A stretch of DNA of 60,020 bases, counting the filler, from Asterionella formosa (lineage: Eukaryota): NCBI GenBank assembly GCA_002256025.1. It is 12 parts of 12 records of this genome, joined end to end, with 100 filler letters (N's around TTAATTAATTAA, not from the genome) between each part and the next. Parts side by side here need not be neighbours in the genome. Positions count along the whole stretch, not along the records: positions 45,123 to 50,022 come from NKIB01013302.1; positions 50,123 to 55,022 come from NKIB01013303.1; positions 55,123 to 60,020 come from NKIB01013304.1; 9 more parts are not named here. The stretch is one strand, 5' to 3'. Positions 46,722-58,320 of the stretch are shown here, piece after piece. The notes beneath the pieces are model-generated. The model was given only the letters and a program-made list of their open reading frames with translations. It had not been told where the DNA came from and made no database searches. Within the stretch, counting starts at the first letter, position 1. The number at the start of each line of letters is the position of its first letter. A program made the translations under genes and the position numbers.

Positions 46722-48938
46722 CTATATCTTAGCTTTCTGCCTGTTTCTGATACTCCATTCAAAACCAAGATTCTCCAATGATTCAACTCGATCATTGGTC
46801 ATTGTGCTGACTTCACCCCTCTGCAACTTCTTGTATTGTATGCGTTGGTTTCGGACCCAAGTTGCAAGCAATTGATTGAATTGGTATTTGTCGGGAACAT
46901 TGCAGTTGCCATGTACCCTTTTAAATTCACTCAGCTCATTAAACCGCTCAACCCATCTTGCTTCATTGATATTCCACGTTAATCCAATTTCCTCGAGTCT
47001 CGCAACTCGTTTTGAAGTCAAGCTTGATCTGAACTTGCCGTCTTTCAGCTTCTTGTATTCGTTACGTTGAGTATTAACGAAGCGATATAAGGCCTCATCT
47101 GTGTAATTGGATGGTACATTGGCATGGCCAATCTTTTCGGAGAAAGCTTTGAGCTTAGCAAAGCCACTTTCCCAGGCGCCACGGTTCACATCTACTTTCC
47201 AAACAAAGCCAACCCCTTCTAGGCGCTCCTGACGTTCTTCAGTGAGCGACGAGACTTTCCCTGTTTGTTTGTCTCTATATTGCGTCCTCTGATTGACCAC
47301 AAAACCTACCAATTCCCTGTCGTGATGCGAAAGTGGAACATCGCAATTACCATGAGCTTCCTGATATGATTTCAATTTTTCAAAGCCACGTTCAAACATT
47401 TCATCATAAGTCTGAAAAACAAAACCCAACGATCGCAGCTGAGCCTCGCGGTTCGGCTTCATAACCCCTCTTTTTTTTGCATCTTTCTGTTTTCGGACCC
47501 ACACCGCAAGTTGATGATCATCTTCATACTCCACCGGAACTTGGCAGTGCCCGAATCTGGCAGAGAACATAGCTAGGGCGTGAAAGTTCCACTGCCATTT
47601 GGACTCCAGCGGATCCCAATCTATTCCGAGATCATCCAACTGTTCTATTCTATCCGGCGTAAGTCGACTTTCCCAGCGCTCCATCTGAAATATTTTATAT
47701 TGCTGCCGTACGTGCTTGAGCCATACAGTTAGTTCGTAGTTCTCCGCGAGTGTAACACGAAGGTGCCCATTCTTTTCACGATAGGCTTTTAATTCCTTTA
47801 TGCGACTTTCCCAGGCCTTTTCATTTGGACTCCAGTTAAATGCTAACGAATTTAGAAGCTTGACACGCTCGTTCGTCATGGTGCTCTGCATGCCTTGCTG
47901 ATAGCACCTGTATTCCGTTCGCTGAGTTCGAACCCAGTAATGGAGACCAGGAAATTCTTCTTCGTCGTCGTCATCATTCATGGTATCTGATGGAACCTCT
48001 ACATGACCATATCGATCATGAAATTTTTGTAGTTGCTTGAAGCGATCATCCCATGATAGGAGAATTTTAAAAGAAAAGCCCAAATCGTAGAGCATCTGTA
48101 TTCGCCACGGAGACAATTCCGTAATCTTATCACCCAACTCACCATTATCATCCATTTCATATTGATAGTAGTTGTTGCGAGCATATTTTCGGTAGTTAGT
48201 GCGCTGCTGCACGCTCCATCTATATAGAGGAGGGTCAGCATTCCAATCGAGAGGTACATCTGCGTGTCCAAAACGATTACAAAAGTCAACCAATTTGGTG
48301 TAATATACCATCCACCGTTCATCGTCAAGAAGCCATCCCGAGAACTTTTCCTCTTCGCGCAGCATCGTCGTTCCCAACCCACGAGCTTCAGGAGTAATGT
48401 CCATGGGTCCCTGCCAAGGCTTCGGCATGGTTACATTTTGTTCCCATTGCAGCAGATTCTGCGAAGGTATCATATTGTACCTCCTCATGCCTTGACTTGT
48501 CAAGGCATGCTGAGCTCTCCACGCAAAACCCTTGGAATCAATGACCAAGTCATCCGCGGTGTAGTTGGCGAGTGGAACTTTAGTCTCGTACCAGTGCGGG
48601 ATAGGCCTGCCGTAATGAGGAATCCATTTTTTGTCACTGAAGCAACCATTTCGGTACATGATGCGATCTCCGTCCACCGTCCGAATTTCATTGTTGGGTC
48701 CAAATTTGTCCGAGAATTCACAAGCCGCCACGAGGGACGATTCTTCTGAATTGGAACAGTCGCCGTTTCGAACGGCTGCTTCCTCATCATCGTCGACATC
48801 ATTGTGTGGTCCATTCTTTAAAAGAACAAACGTCTGAGTATTTCCCTGATGGATGACTATACGGGGAATTCTCAGTGACGGAAGAAAACATAGGCCATTC
48901 GGAATAACAGTTATCAGAAGAAGGAGAGACCGCACCAT
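46722..48938 (-). CDS. Protein with seven helicase-associated (HA) repeats and no helicase core; probable plastid presequence
   Basis: Seven W/F..F..L..F....GHxxVP...L..WV..QR...L..LGF.W units; MVRSLLLLITVIPNGLC-FLP signal peptide starts at ATG 48938. Confidence 0.88.
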   Translation of the reverse strand: MVRSLLLLITVIPNGLCFLPSLRIPRIVIHQGNTQTFVLLKNGPHNDVDDDEEAAVRNGDCSNSEESSLVAACEFSDKFGPNNEIRTVDGDRIMYRNGCFSDKKWIPHYGRPIPHWYETKVPLANYTADDLVIDSKGFAWRAQHALTSQGMRRYNMIPSQNLLQWEQNVTMPKPWQGPMDITPEARGLGTTMLREEEKFSGWLLDDERWMVYYTKLVDFCNRFGHADVPLDWNADPPLYRWSVQQRTNYRKYARNNYYQYEMDDNGELGDKITELSPWRIQMLYDLGFSFKILLSWDDRFKQLQKFHDRYGHVEVPSDTMNDDDDEEEFPGLHYWVRTQRTEYRCYQQGMQSTMTNERVKLLNSLAFNWSPNEKAWESRIKELKAYREKNGHLRVTLAENYELTVWLKHVRQQYKIFQMERWESRLTPDRIEQLDDLGIDWDPLESKWQWNFHALAMFSARFGHCQVPVEYEDDHQLAVWVRKQKDAKKRGVMKPNREAQLRSLGFVFQTYDEMFERGFEKLKSYQEAHGNCDVPLSHHDRELVGFVVNQRTQYRDKQTGKVSSLTEERQERLEGVGFVWKVDVNRGAWESGFAKLKAFSEKIGHANVPSNYTDEALYRFVNTQRNEYKKLKDGKFRSSLTSKRVARLEEIGLTWNINEARWVERFNELSEFKRVHGNCNVPDKYQFNQLLATWVRNQRIQYKKLQRGEVSTMTNDRVESLENLGFEWSIRNRQKAKI

Positions 48939-49495
48939 GGGGCCAACGAGGCACAGAATCCAACCGGCGGCGCGGACCAGGAAATAAGTAACGGCGAGGG
49001 CTGAACTGCAAACCTTCTTCTGAGCAGGCAGTGCAAGCAAGCGACTGGATTAGAGTACCGGTACCTGGAAGCTCTATCACGGCTTCTAATACGGTGATTC
49101 TATGTGCCAGGTGCCATTAGGTATCGGTACACAGTTGTCTGCGGAGTAGCCAACATACTAATGGCTGTCATATCATAAGGTGAATCATATGATACATGTG
49201 ACAAAGTGAGTTGTTGAACCAGCCAGGCGCAGGTCTGGAATTCGAGAAATATAGCTAGGTAAATGAATTTCTACAAGTATACCTATGACCTTCTCGGCAA
49301 ACCGTCATTTACCGGACCTTTTAAGGAGTGGGCGGAGTGGTGGTACCTGGTACCTACTATCAGTGAGAACCAGGTACCTGGACCCCTGGTACCAGTACCT
49401 TCTAGCTGGAGAACCAGGCGGCACTAAACTCCGGTACCTGGTACCCCTGGTAGACAGGACAACCAGACCAGGGTACCAGTACGGCACCAGTTATA

Positions 49496-49620
49496 CCAGC
49501 AAGTTGCGGTAATTTTGCTGAAACTAAATCTCGTACCCTGCAAGTTGCGGTCATTTTGCTTAAACTAAAGATTTAGCTATTTTTATCCCAGATTAAAATG
49601 TTAGTTTAAGCAAAATGACC
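49496..49620. mobile_element. Tiny foldback element with perfect 20-bp inverted repeat; related copies at 57183-57272 and 58581
   Basis: GGTCATTTTGCTTAAACTAA (49549-49568) / TTAGTTTAAGCAAAATGACC (49601-49620); the left arm is also duplicated at 49496-49528. Confidence 0.75.
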
Positions 49621-49631
49621 TGTACATCAAC

Positions 49632-49777
49632 AACGTGGTAATGCGTTTAGGTAAAACTTATTGGGAAACATCAACGCATTTGCGTTGGGATATTCACTCC
49701 TGTTAGCATCGCATTTTAGGGTTACAGGAGCAGAAAAACTGCTTGGTTTGCATTTTTGGCCACAGTTTCACTGGCCT
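49632..49777. mobile_element. Diverged right end of the 38673-39640 Harbinger family
   Basis: TTTGCGTTGGG..TTCACTCCxGTTAGCATCG..TTTTAGGGTTAC aligns with 39480-39640; ends GGCC|TTA. Confidence 0.7.
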
Positions 49778-50122
49778 TAAGAACCAATAGCTTATTAACT
49801 TTTAACTTAAAGCACAAAACGCTTATTAACTTTTAACTTAAGCAGCAAGGGTCACGAGCACAAGCCAAGCCTCCACGGAAACCGTCCAGCCCTTGCACGA
49901 TGCGCTCTCAACAATATATATATATATATCAAGTTCTGTATAATTAGCTAATAATAATTAACCCCAAAATTATTGCTCTTACACGGTTTTAACCACGTTT
50001 TCCGGATGTCCCAGGTATAATANNNNNNNNNNNNNNNNNNNNNNNNNNNNNNNNNNNNNNNNNNNNTTAATTAATTAANNNNNNNNNNNNNNNNNNNNNN
50101 NNNNNNNNNNNNNNNNNNNNNN

Positions 50123-50906
50123 CAGTGAGTACTCCTTTGAAAATGCTTTAAGGAAACTACAGGAGACTGATATGATACATACAACGCCCACGTTTGGTTG
50201 GATATGGCATGCTCTGTTTAAGCCTTCTCCAGGTCTTGAAAGATACCTTGAATCAAGCAGAAATGCCATGAATTTGACCAAAGGTGGGTACACCGCAATA
50301 CATATACGATTGCATTATCCAACTTTGACTGAAGAAGCCAAGGAAAATGGTCTGAAACTGAAATCCCTTGATGATCCAGAGAAGTTCAAGAAATATGGGT
50401 TTGACAAAGGTGATAGTGGTATTGTTTTCAAGGGAGACGGAAAGAAGTTCGCTGTTGACATTGGGCTTCATGCAGTTCAATGTGCAAGAAAATTGACCAA
50501 AGGCAGTGCAGAACCCTTGTATTTAATGTCCGATGCCAATTATTTGGCAGCATACCTTGGTAAACATAGTGGTGCTGGCAGCCAAAATAGGTTAGCCAGC
50601 AAAGGTCAAATTGATCAACATGTCAACAAAATGCTTTCTCAGGTCACCATAGAAACTCGACATGACATACATAGAAGAAATTATCACATTGATGGACACA
50701 TGGGCAATGCTACAGATTTTTTTCCAGTTTTTGCTGACTTATACCTTGGAATGGAGGCACGATGTATTACCTTTGGGTATGGAGGTTTTGGACGATTTGC
50801 AAGGCAACTAACTAACAACACATGCTACTCACAACACCAGCTTTATATTTATAAGGGAGCTTGGTATAAAGGGCATTCTCTCAATGACAAAACCCATGTG
50901 TGTTAG
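50123..50906 (+). CDS. Fucosyltransferase-like (GT-B) protein, C-terminal part, 5'-partial
   Basis: YTAIHIR, LYLMSD and FADLYLGMEARCITFGYGGFGRFA match the three conserved motifs of alpha-2/6/O-fucosyltransferases. Confidence 0.6.
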
Positions 50907-51555
50907 CAGTGTAAAAGGCTTTAATCCTTGTTCATTTAAAGAATATCGTCTTGATATGTATAGTGCTGGCTAATGAATGATGTTATATATACTCCTGCTA
51001 GTAAAGATCTTGGTATACCAGTAGGTGGTTGGAGCTTACAGTCTTTTCTTTGCAAATATGGATGGGAATCAACCAGCATCTCTCTTAAAGAGATGTAGAA
51101 ATTTATGAGTTAGGTAGGTCTATAAAAATGTGCCTTTGTATGACCTTTGTTAGGTCAGCATAAGTTTTACAATAATATGAAATCATTGAGAACACTGTTT
51201 TCAATATCTCAAGGACTTACCAGTGACGTTACAAATGAATTTCAGATGTCAACAACTTATTCTACCCATGGAGTAGATCATGAACTAGATGTTGCCCAAT
51301 GGTTTTGATACATTAAAGAAATTCATTTTCAGATCTTGATAGCCTATAATTCTTGTACTGTTACCGGAGATACTTGTACTCCCTTCAACAAACAAATTAT
51401 AAGTTGTATGACCTTTCAACAAGGCTTGGGTACAAGAAGGAAACAACAATAAATGAATGCTTAGGGGTAAAATAAAAAATGGTGAATTGGTAAGATCAGA
51501 AGAGAAGTCCTGACTTAATGAAAAGCAAACCAAAAAATCAGTTCAAATCTGATTA

Positions 51556-53265
51556 TCAACGAAGTAGTAGAGAATTATCAATAATGTGTATAATGCCTTG
51601 ATCTGCAAAGATATCCGCTTGGATGATTGTGACATTACCATTAATGGTGGTAGTCATGATCGAATCAATATTGTTGTTGTCTATCATGTCATCGTGCTTA
51701 TTGAAAATGTTGTGTGTATTATTTTCCGTGTTGACATGGTCCAATTTAGTAATCACGAGATTGAGTGTTTGTCCAATTCGAGACACAACTGTTAGTTCAG
51801 TATCACTGATTTGCGTCCCCATTGGAATTGTTTTCCAACAACATGTTGCAACGTTCCCTGAAACGACATGATTGAGTACAAGATCCAATAGTGTATACCC
51901 TTCAGGTATTAACATGGTCAAATCATTAAAGGCTCTATTCGTAGGAACAAAAATTGTTGTGGCAGCATCCCTCCCTACTTCCATGAGCTGTTGCAGAAGA
52001 TCAGGTATGGTATTGATGAAACCAATAAAGACGGATATGTCACCACGGCGGTTGGCATTGAGTTCCAATAATACATCCATCATGGAATGGTTCACCCAAG
52101 GAGCCAATGGATCAGGATAGTGCAAAAGATTGTGAACGATACCATTGTTGACATGCACATTCCTTGTTGCTATTATGACATTGTTGACTCGAAACGATGG
52201 ATCGGTTTGAATTATTATTGGATTTCCTACCATAGACGGTATTATCATCCCATCGAAGTTACGTAGTCCTTGTTCGTCCAATGCTTGCCCCTCGATAGTG
52301 AGACCTTCCAGTATATTGAGCTGAACCAAGAAACCATGACAAAGATATAAACATGCAATAGTGCAATTATAATACGAAACACATTTGGGTGAGTTTTCCA
52401 AAAATACGCCATTCAAAATGATACAATCAATTTCTCTTGCAAAACATACCACATGCCCATTCCATAACGGCGAACGAAATTTCATCAGGATGGATTTATC
52501 AAGAAAAATGGCATCGCTTGATACTCCAAAAAAGGTGAAATTTGTTTCTGTTCGATTTACGATAGTGTCGAGAAATAATTGTCCACCTTTTGACGAGGTA
52601 ATGGATGGAAATGACTGTCCAGTTTTTATATAATCTGCAATGGAGAAGCATTCACTATAATCGACGATACCAACAGATTCAGGAGCAGTGGAGACAGGAC
52701 GAGTGGTTGTAGGAGTAAACGTAGGAGTGGCGATAGGAGGAAATGTAGTAGTTGCAATGGAGGAAGGTATATAGGTAGTACCAGTAGTCGAGACATCAGT
52801 GGGAGAAGTAGAAGAGGTAGTATCAGAAATCGACGCCCAAGAGGGAGCTGGGTTTTTGATCTGAAAACCAGTTGATAGAAGCAAGGATGTGAGATGTTGG
52901 TGCAACTTGTCATTTTCTGTAGCCATTCTGCACTGCGGTGGGAATCAAAGCAGCATTGGAGGTTGTTGCAGGCAACTTACAAGTGTTCTCATTTCCATTC
53001 CGATAATCGAATCAATGTCAGTTAACTTCGCCATGCCACCATTGCCAATGGATATCATCCGCGTCATTGTCACTGAATCCTTCATTTTGACAACCTTCAA
53101 TTTGCCATTGCCAGAGTCCTTCTTACTACTGCGTAATGTTCTGTGATGCTCGAAAGGGTTACTTTCATCACCTCTCCTCGGATGAGAGGAGCGGATGGAT
53201 GATGCAGCCATGATGAAGCATTGCAACACGACAAGGGACAAGGGCGACGACCCCAAGGCCTTCAT
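51556..53265 (-). CDS. Secreted fasciclin (FAS1) protein with S/T/P-rich linker; three exons: 53265-52981, 52860-52450, 52320-51556
   Basis: Signal peptide; TTIFVPTNRAF, NHVVSG, NVHVNNGIVH, DIFADQGIIHIIDNSLL; introns GTAAGT..TTTCAG (120 nt) and GTATGT..TTCAG (129 nt) both preserve the frame. Confidence 0.8.
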
Positions 53266-53775
53266 GTTGGTCAATTCAAATGCACTTAAAATAATGGCCA
53301 AGTCCACGACGTGTGCATCAATAACGCATGCATGGCACCTTCAATGTTACTACCGGTATATAGTTGGTACCCATGACGCACATTATAGGTTATGTAGGAA
53401 GAGGATAAATTTGTAAATATCTTATGCCTGTAAACTAACGGCAAGTACCGGTAGTAAAGGTAAAAGAAAAATTATACGTAGCGTAAAATAAACACATACA
53501 GTCGATCTGTTTTATATATATATATGTACGCAATGTCCAGATATCTACATATCGGTAGATCATTGGGAGCAGAAGTGAAACAACATGTGTTCGATAGGTC
53601 TTATTCTCAATGTTTATATTCCCATGATCAAAGACCAGTATACTAGTAACGGTAGTCTTGGAGCAAATCTACCGGTATGATTTGGGAGGGCCTGTTTGAC
53701 ACGGCCGACAAGCAGAAATTTCGATCATTTGATTTTGACTTGCACTTGGTACCTTGTACCACTACCAGTACAAGG

Positions 53776-53970
53776 TGAAGTATCTAACTAGAAGTAGTAG
53801 TATTTGTTGAATATATGAGCTTATTAATTAATCCTTATGTATAACTCATTTCCTGAACTGACATCAAAGTATAGAATGGGTGTTAGTCGAGTTCTCTCAT
53901 TATTGAATTCCGATATATTTGACATAACCCCAACTCTATATATATCTGTATCGATGTGCAGGATTGCTCA
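53776..53970 (-). mobile_element. Gypsy 3' LTR (195 bp)
   Basis: Minus strand TGAGC...CTTCA after PPT GGGAGAG (53971-53977); homologous to 13839-14040. Confidence 0.85.
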
Positions 53971-53996
53971 CTCTCCCACACTTGAGGGAAAACCTT

Positions 53997-55022
53997 TTAC
54001 CTATGAAAAGGTTTGATACGACGAATATTAATTCGTTCAGTAATATGCATAGTGCGTTGAAAAGTAACTGTACCATTGGCATGTACTTGAATAATAGTAT
54101 AAGGACCTCGTCCACGATCATCCAAAGTAGTAGGATTATCCAATAATATTAAAATCTCGTCACCCACTTTGTAATCATAAGATCGACGACGGAAATTTGC
54201 ACGACATAAACGTTCGTCAATTATCACCTGTCGACGTTGATGTATTAATTGTAAATCTGTAATCAAAGGAATATTTAATATCATATCACGTTGGAAAACC
54301 CATGCTCCTGGTGAAATACGTAATATACTATGAATAGTAGCTTGAGCTGCACATGACGCAGCTGCAAAACATGTATCCACAATATTTTGGGCTTGAAATT
54401 CATTGATTGGAGGATGAGCCTTTAACATAACTCGTAGACTATTGCTGATAGATTGATGGAAACGTTCACAGATAGCATTTGCTTGTGGATTCTTTACTGT
54501 GGTAGTCACATCTTTGATTCCATTCAATACTAACATGTGTAAGAAAGGAGCACCAGTAAATTCACCTCCATTGTCATGTATACAACGTTCTGGACGGGGA
54601 TATCTGGCTAACCAATCATTTTCAAATTTCATTGCAATATATTCTGATGTTTTATTGATGATACGTGAAATTTCTGCTAAATTGGTGACTGTGTCAATAC
54701 AAGTTAGAGCACGAAATTCAATCGTTTGAGCAGCCACTGTTATCTTCCATGGACCAATTAGATCTACTGCGACTTCTGACCATGGTAATAATAATGCATT
54801 CCTGGGTGGAAGTTCACCAAAACCAGTACCAGGTAATTTTGTACGTTGACATGCTTCACATACTCTTACAATATGTTCCACTCTTGTTTTTAATATAGGG
54901 TGATAAAAATGTGTAGCAATTGTAGCATTTAATCTTGTCATACCCACATGAGCTAACATCTGATGATACCAATTAATAATAGGATCCAATAATGATGTAG
55001 GAATAGCAATACGCCAAGTATC
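53997..55022 (-). mobile_element. Ty3/gypsy integrase, intact frame, 5'-truncated by contig end
   Basis: H..LAH..C..C zinc finger, VAVDLIGPW, IHDNGGEF, NPQANAICER, GPY motif (GRGPYTI). Confidence 0.93.
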
Positions 55023-55206
55023 NNNNNNNNNNNNNNNNNNNNNNNNNNNNNNNNNNNNNNNNNNNNTTAATTAATTAANNNNNNNNNNNNNNNNNNNNNN
55101 NNNNNNNNNNNNNNNNNNNNNNTTTTCTCTATTTATGGAAAGTCTATGTATTTTTCTAAAATGTGCATTTTCAAACCCCCCAAAAAGCATCGCCCACATG
55201 AAGTCT

Positions 55207-56712
55207 CTACCTATCTTTCGCATCTGTATTGACAATGACCATTGGATCGTAAACATTGATCATTGGTTCATAGCGACTAGAGGAAAAGGTTCCTCGGATT
55301 GCCTGTCGCCACTCAGCGTCAGATGCATAAACTGCCACCTTTTTTCGAGTTGACTTGAGTTTATATTCGAAATAGACATCAGTCGCTGTCAAGACAGCGA
55401 AACGCGACACCAGCTCTGAACCTCCATCAAAGGCAAGCTTCGTAACATCGCAGGATGCATCCAGGAAGGAAAATGATGTAGCGTTTGTTAGACCATCCTG
55501 CAGAAAAATTGAGCCATTGTTAGCCAATACCAACGACTCTGGATTGACTGTAATCCCCCCTGAAGAAACGAGGGAAATTTGAGCTTGATGATCTGGAATC
55601 TTGCGATAGGTGAAGTTTCCTTCACCGCCATATGGGATACGTTTATGCGAGCCAGTCACAAGATTTGCCATGAAGACGTCCAGTGCCGAATGTTTATCAT
55701 GATCCAAACAAATTTCAATCGAAAAGGTGATATTGTTCATGATGAAGAAATCAAACTCCACCATGGCATAGCCACGATCCATCAGAGCACCCTTATATTT
55801 TTTCCACTGATCGTTATTGTACTGACGATAGCCAATTTCGAAAGGACTCAATACTGTGGATTCGTAAGGCAATGGATCATCAAAGATCTGTTTGGCAGAA
55901 GATTCGTTGAAACGACGCTTGGTTGTCAAAAAGTCTTCGCGACTGACATAACGCTTAGGAACGATGAGACGTGTTCCAAAATGCGTTTCAGTTGCTGGGT
56001 CGTAGCCCTTAAAAAGTGGGGCAAAGTTGACGAAGACATGTTCGTTTTCTTTTTCAATTGTGTCGGAAGCAATCACAGTCCCAAACAAGAACAGCCAATC
56101 TTTGAACCTTGCATCAGCAACCAACAACTCCAGACCATTAAGACTCTGACACACGGCATGGCACTCCTCGAGATCGGGATCATTGTATTCTCTCGAAATG
56201 TTGTATGCCCCATTCTTGCCTCGGAAAAAGAACTCGGGAGCATTAAATATCTTCAATGTTGTGTTGGAAGGATCAGCAACTTCATAGGCTTTCTCGAGAG
56301 CAGCCCGCATGATTTGCAATCGCCGAGCCACATCTTCCCTGTCGTCCTTGAGTCCAAGGTAGCACTGTAGATCACCATCGACTTCTCCGTAGGAGCCTAG
56401 TCCGATGCACTCTGGATTCTTGACTCCACTAGCGCTGAAAGCAGGAGCACCGCCAGTGTATATTTCGTATCCGAGGCCTTGAAAGTGCGTATACTTGGAG
56501 ACCAGGTAGCCACGTCGTTCGTCAAGCGCTGCGTGGGAATGTGGAGTAGTGGTAGGAAAATGCAACGCGGGAATCCCAAGAATAATGGCGAGCACCAAAC
56601 CGAGGCCAAACACCAACACGTGCGAGGCGATGTTGAAGGGTCGACGGGGTTCAGCAACCCTGCTGACCTTGCCGTTCGCGAGCAACATTGAATTCTCGGT
56701 TGCTGTGCACAT
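55207..56712 (-). CDS. Membrane-anchored protein with a carbon-nitrogen hydrolase (nitrilase-fold)-like E-K-C triad
   Basis: TM HVLVFGLGLVLAIILGIPAL; IFNAPEFFF (Glu), IVPKRY (Lys), IEICLDH (Cys). Start codon uncertain; the ORF extends to 56850. Confidence 0.65.
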   Translation of the reverse strand: MCTATENSMLLANGKVSRVAEPRRPFNIASHVLVFGLGLVLAIILGIPALHFPTTTPHSHAALDERRGYLVSKYTHFQGLGYEIYTGGAPAFSASGVKNPECIGLGSYGEVDGDLQCYLGLKDDREDVARRLQIMRAALEKAYEVADPSNTTLKIFNAPEFFFRGKNGAYNISREYNDPDLEECHAVCQSLNGLELLVADARFKDWLFLFGTVIASDTIEKENEHVFVNFAPLFKGYDPATETHFGTRLIVPKRYVSREDFLTTKRRFNESSAKQIFDDPLPYESTVLSPFEIGYRQYNNDQWKKYKGALMDRGYAMVEFDFFIMNNITFSIEICLDHDKHSALDVFMANLVTGSHKRIPYGGEGNFTYRKIPDHQAQISLVSSGGITVNPESLVLANNGSIFLQDGLTNATSFSFLDASCDVTKLAFDGGSELVSRFAVLTATDVYFEYKLKSTRKKVAVYASDAEWRQAIRGTFSSSRYEPMINVYDPMVIVNTDAKDR

Positions 56713-57819
56713 ATTGAGGAATATCAAGAAGCAAAATGTCGCGAAGAATGAAATTGCTTTTATTGTAAACAACAATAATAGGGAACCATGATGAACCATG
56801 CAACAAACCGCCAACGGACGGATGTTTGGCATGGTCGCGTTGTAACACAATACCGGTAATACGACATCGTTTAGACTACTGGTACCTGGTACCGGGTACC
56901 ATGTACTTAGGGTGACGCACTATTATATTTTGCAACTTCGACGATCCATGAATCATCGTTACGTGTATGTAGGCATTGTTGTAGACATCGATAGTCCTGA
57001 CGTGCCGACTATCGTACCGGATGTGGCATAATACCACCACGAATGAAAATGCGTTAGGAAGAGGAGGAGCTTTGTTCTCCAGCAGGTCGCTCAAATGAAT
57101 CTACCGGTATGCATTATTTCAGCGACTGAAGCATTTTGCAGGTGCAGTGGAAAGAAACAGCCACGAGAGGATTTCCTTGACTCCTGCAACTTGCGGTCAT
57201 TTGGCTTAAATAAACAATTTAATATAGGATAAAGATAGCTAAAGTTTTAGTTTCAGCACATTTACAGCAACTCACTGACTGACGTGTTCATCCTGGAACC
57301 TATCCTTATCTATTCAACCATGCATGATAAATCCAGATGAATCAAGATCCTACATAATTTGTACATACAGTACTATTTCCGGTACCTGATGGCTGGTTCC
57401 TTGTTGTGCTAATATCTGCCTGAGTTTGGTGTCCGTCCCAACCGTACCAGCGTACCAGTAGCCACCAGATTACTGGTCCTGGTACCAGGTAGTTACATGC
57501 GTGGGTGACATTAACAATGTGCGCACTTGTGACAGCAATAGAATAGTCATAATATTGTAGCTCACTTTATTCATGAAAAGGTTCCCCTAAACAGAGCTAC
57601 CCAGTACAATATCTTTTTCTTTCTCTCCTCGTCCACACCCTTGCCATTGCAACACTATTTGGCAGTTCCATTACTGAATCACCACCAGTGCAAACCAGCA
57701 CTGCCTTGCTTTGCATGCCTGTGTAACAACAATTGCCCGCATTTTCTCCCTCCTTTCCCTGAGCTTCTTTCCCTTTCATTCTCCATCATTGAGACTCCTA
57801 TTGTTTCTGATGCCTTCCC

Positions 57820-58320
57820 TTTCCCTCACCATCTGCTCCTACACTGATTGATGGTAAACCTACAGCCCTCACTGTAACCTGCCTTTGCAAAGAATTATTT
57901 ATAAATGCTTACTCCATGCATTGTACTAGTGGTGGTGGTGTTTGTGGGTTCCTTAGCATTGTCATGGCTACTGCTCCCTACCTCCTGCATGCTGGTGAAC
58001 ATTTTTTATTGCCTGAACATCCTGTCACACAGCCAAGAACTCACATTGCAACTGCTTCTCAGTCCCAAATCACTGTGGCCAAGTGTCACTATGATACTTC
58101 CCTTGATGCATTTTGTCGCTATTCTAAAATCCGCGAAGCTCTCCAGCAACAAATTTGAACGGTTATTCATCCTATATATTAAAATGTTCTTGAGGATAAC
58201 ACATTTGGGTATGCCAACATCACCATCATTGCTCTGCTTGCCCATTTGGAGTTTACCTAGCCTATGCAAACTTGAGTGCTGATGATTTGGAACTGAATCG
58301 CGTGTGCTTCGCCAATGGTT
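57820..58320 (+). mobile_element. Decayed gag of a stramenopile LTR retrotransposon (Copia-type)
   Basis: LIDGKPTALTV..KELFINAYSMHCTSGGGVCGFLSIVM..P.HP..SQIT..ALQQQI*..LEDNTFGYANIT..LLAHL with stops. Confidence 0.6.

Noticed and set aside
55579..56370. 263-aa plus-strand ORF and similar antisense ORFs over real genes
   Set aside because: Shadow frames of the opposite-strand CDS with no motifs.
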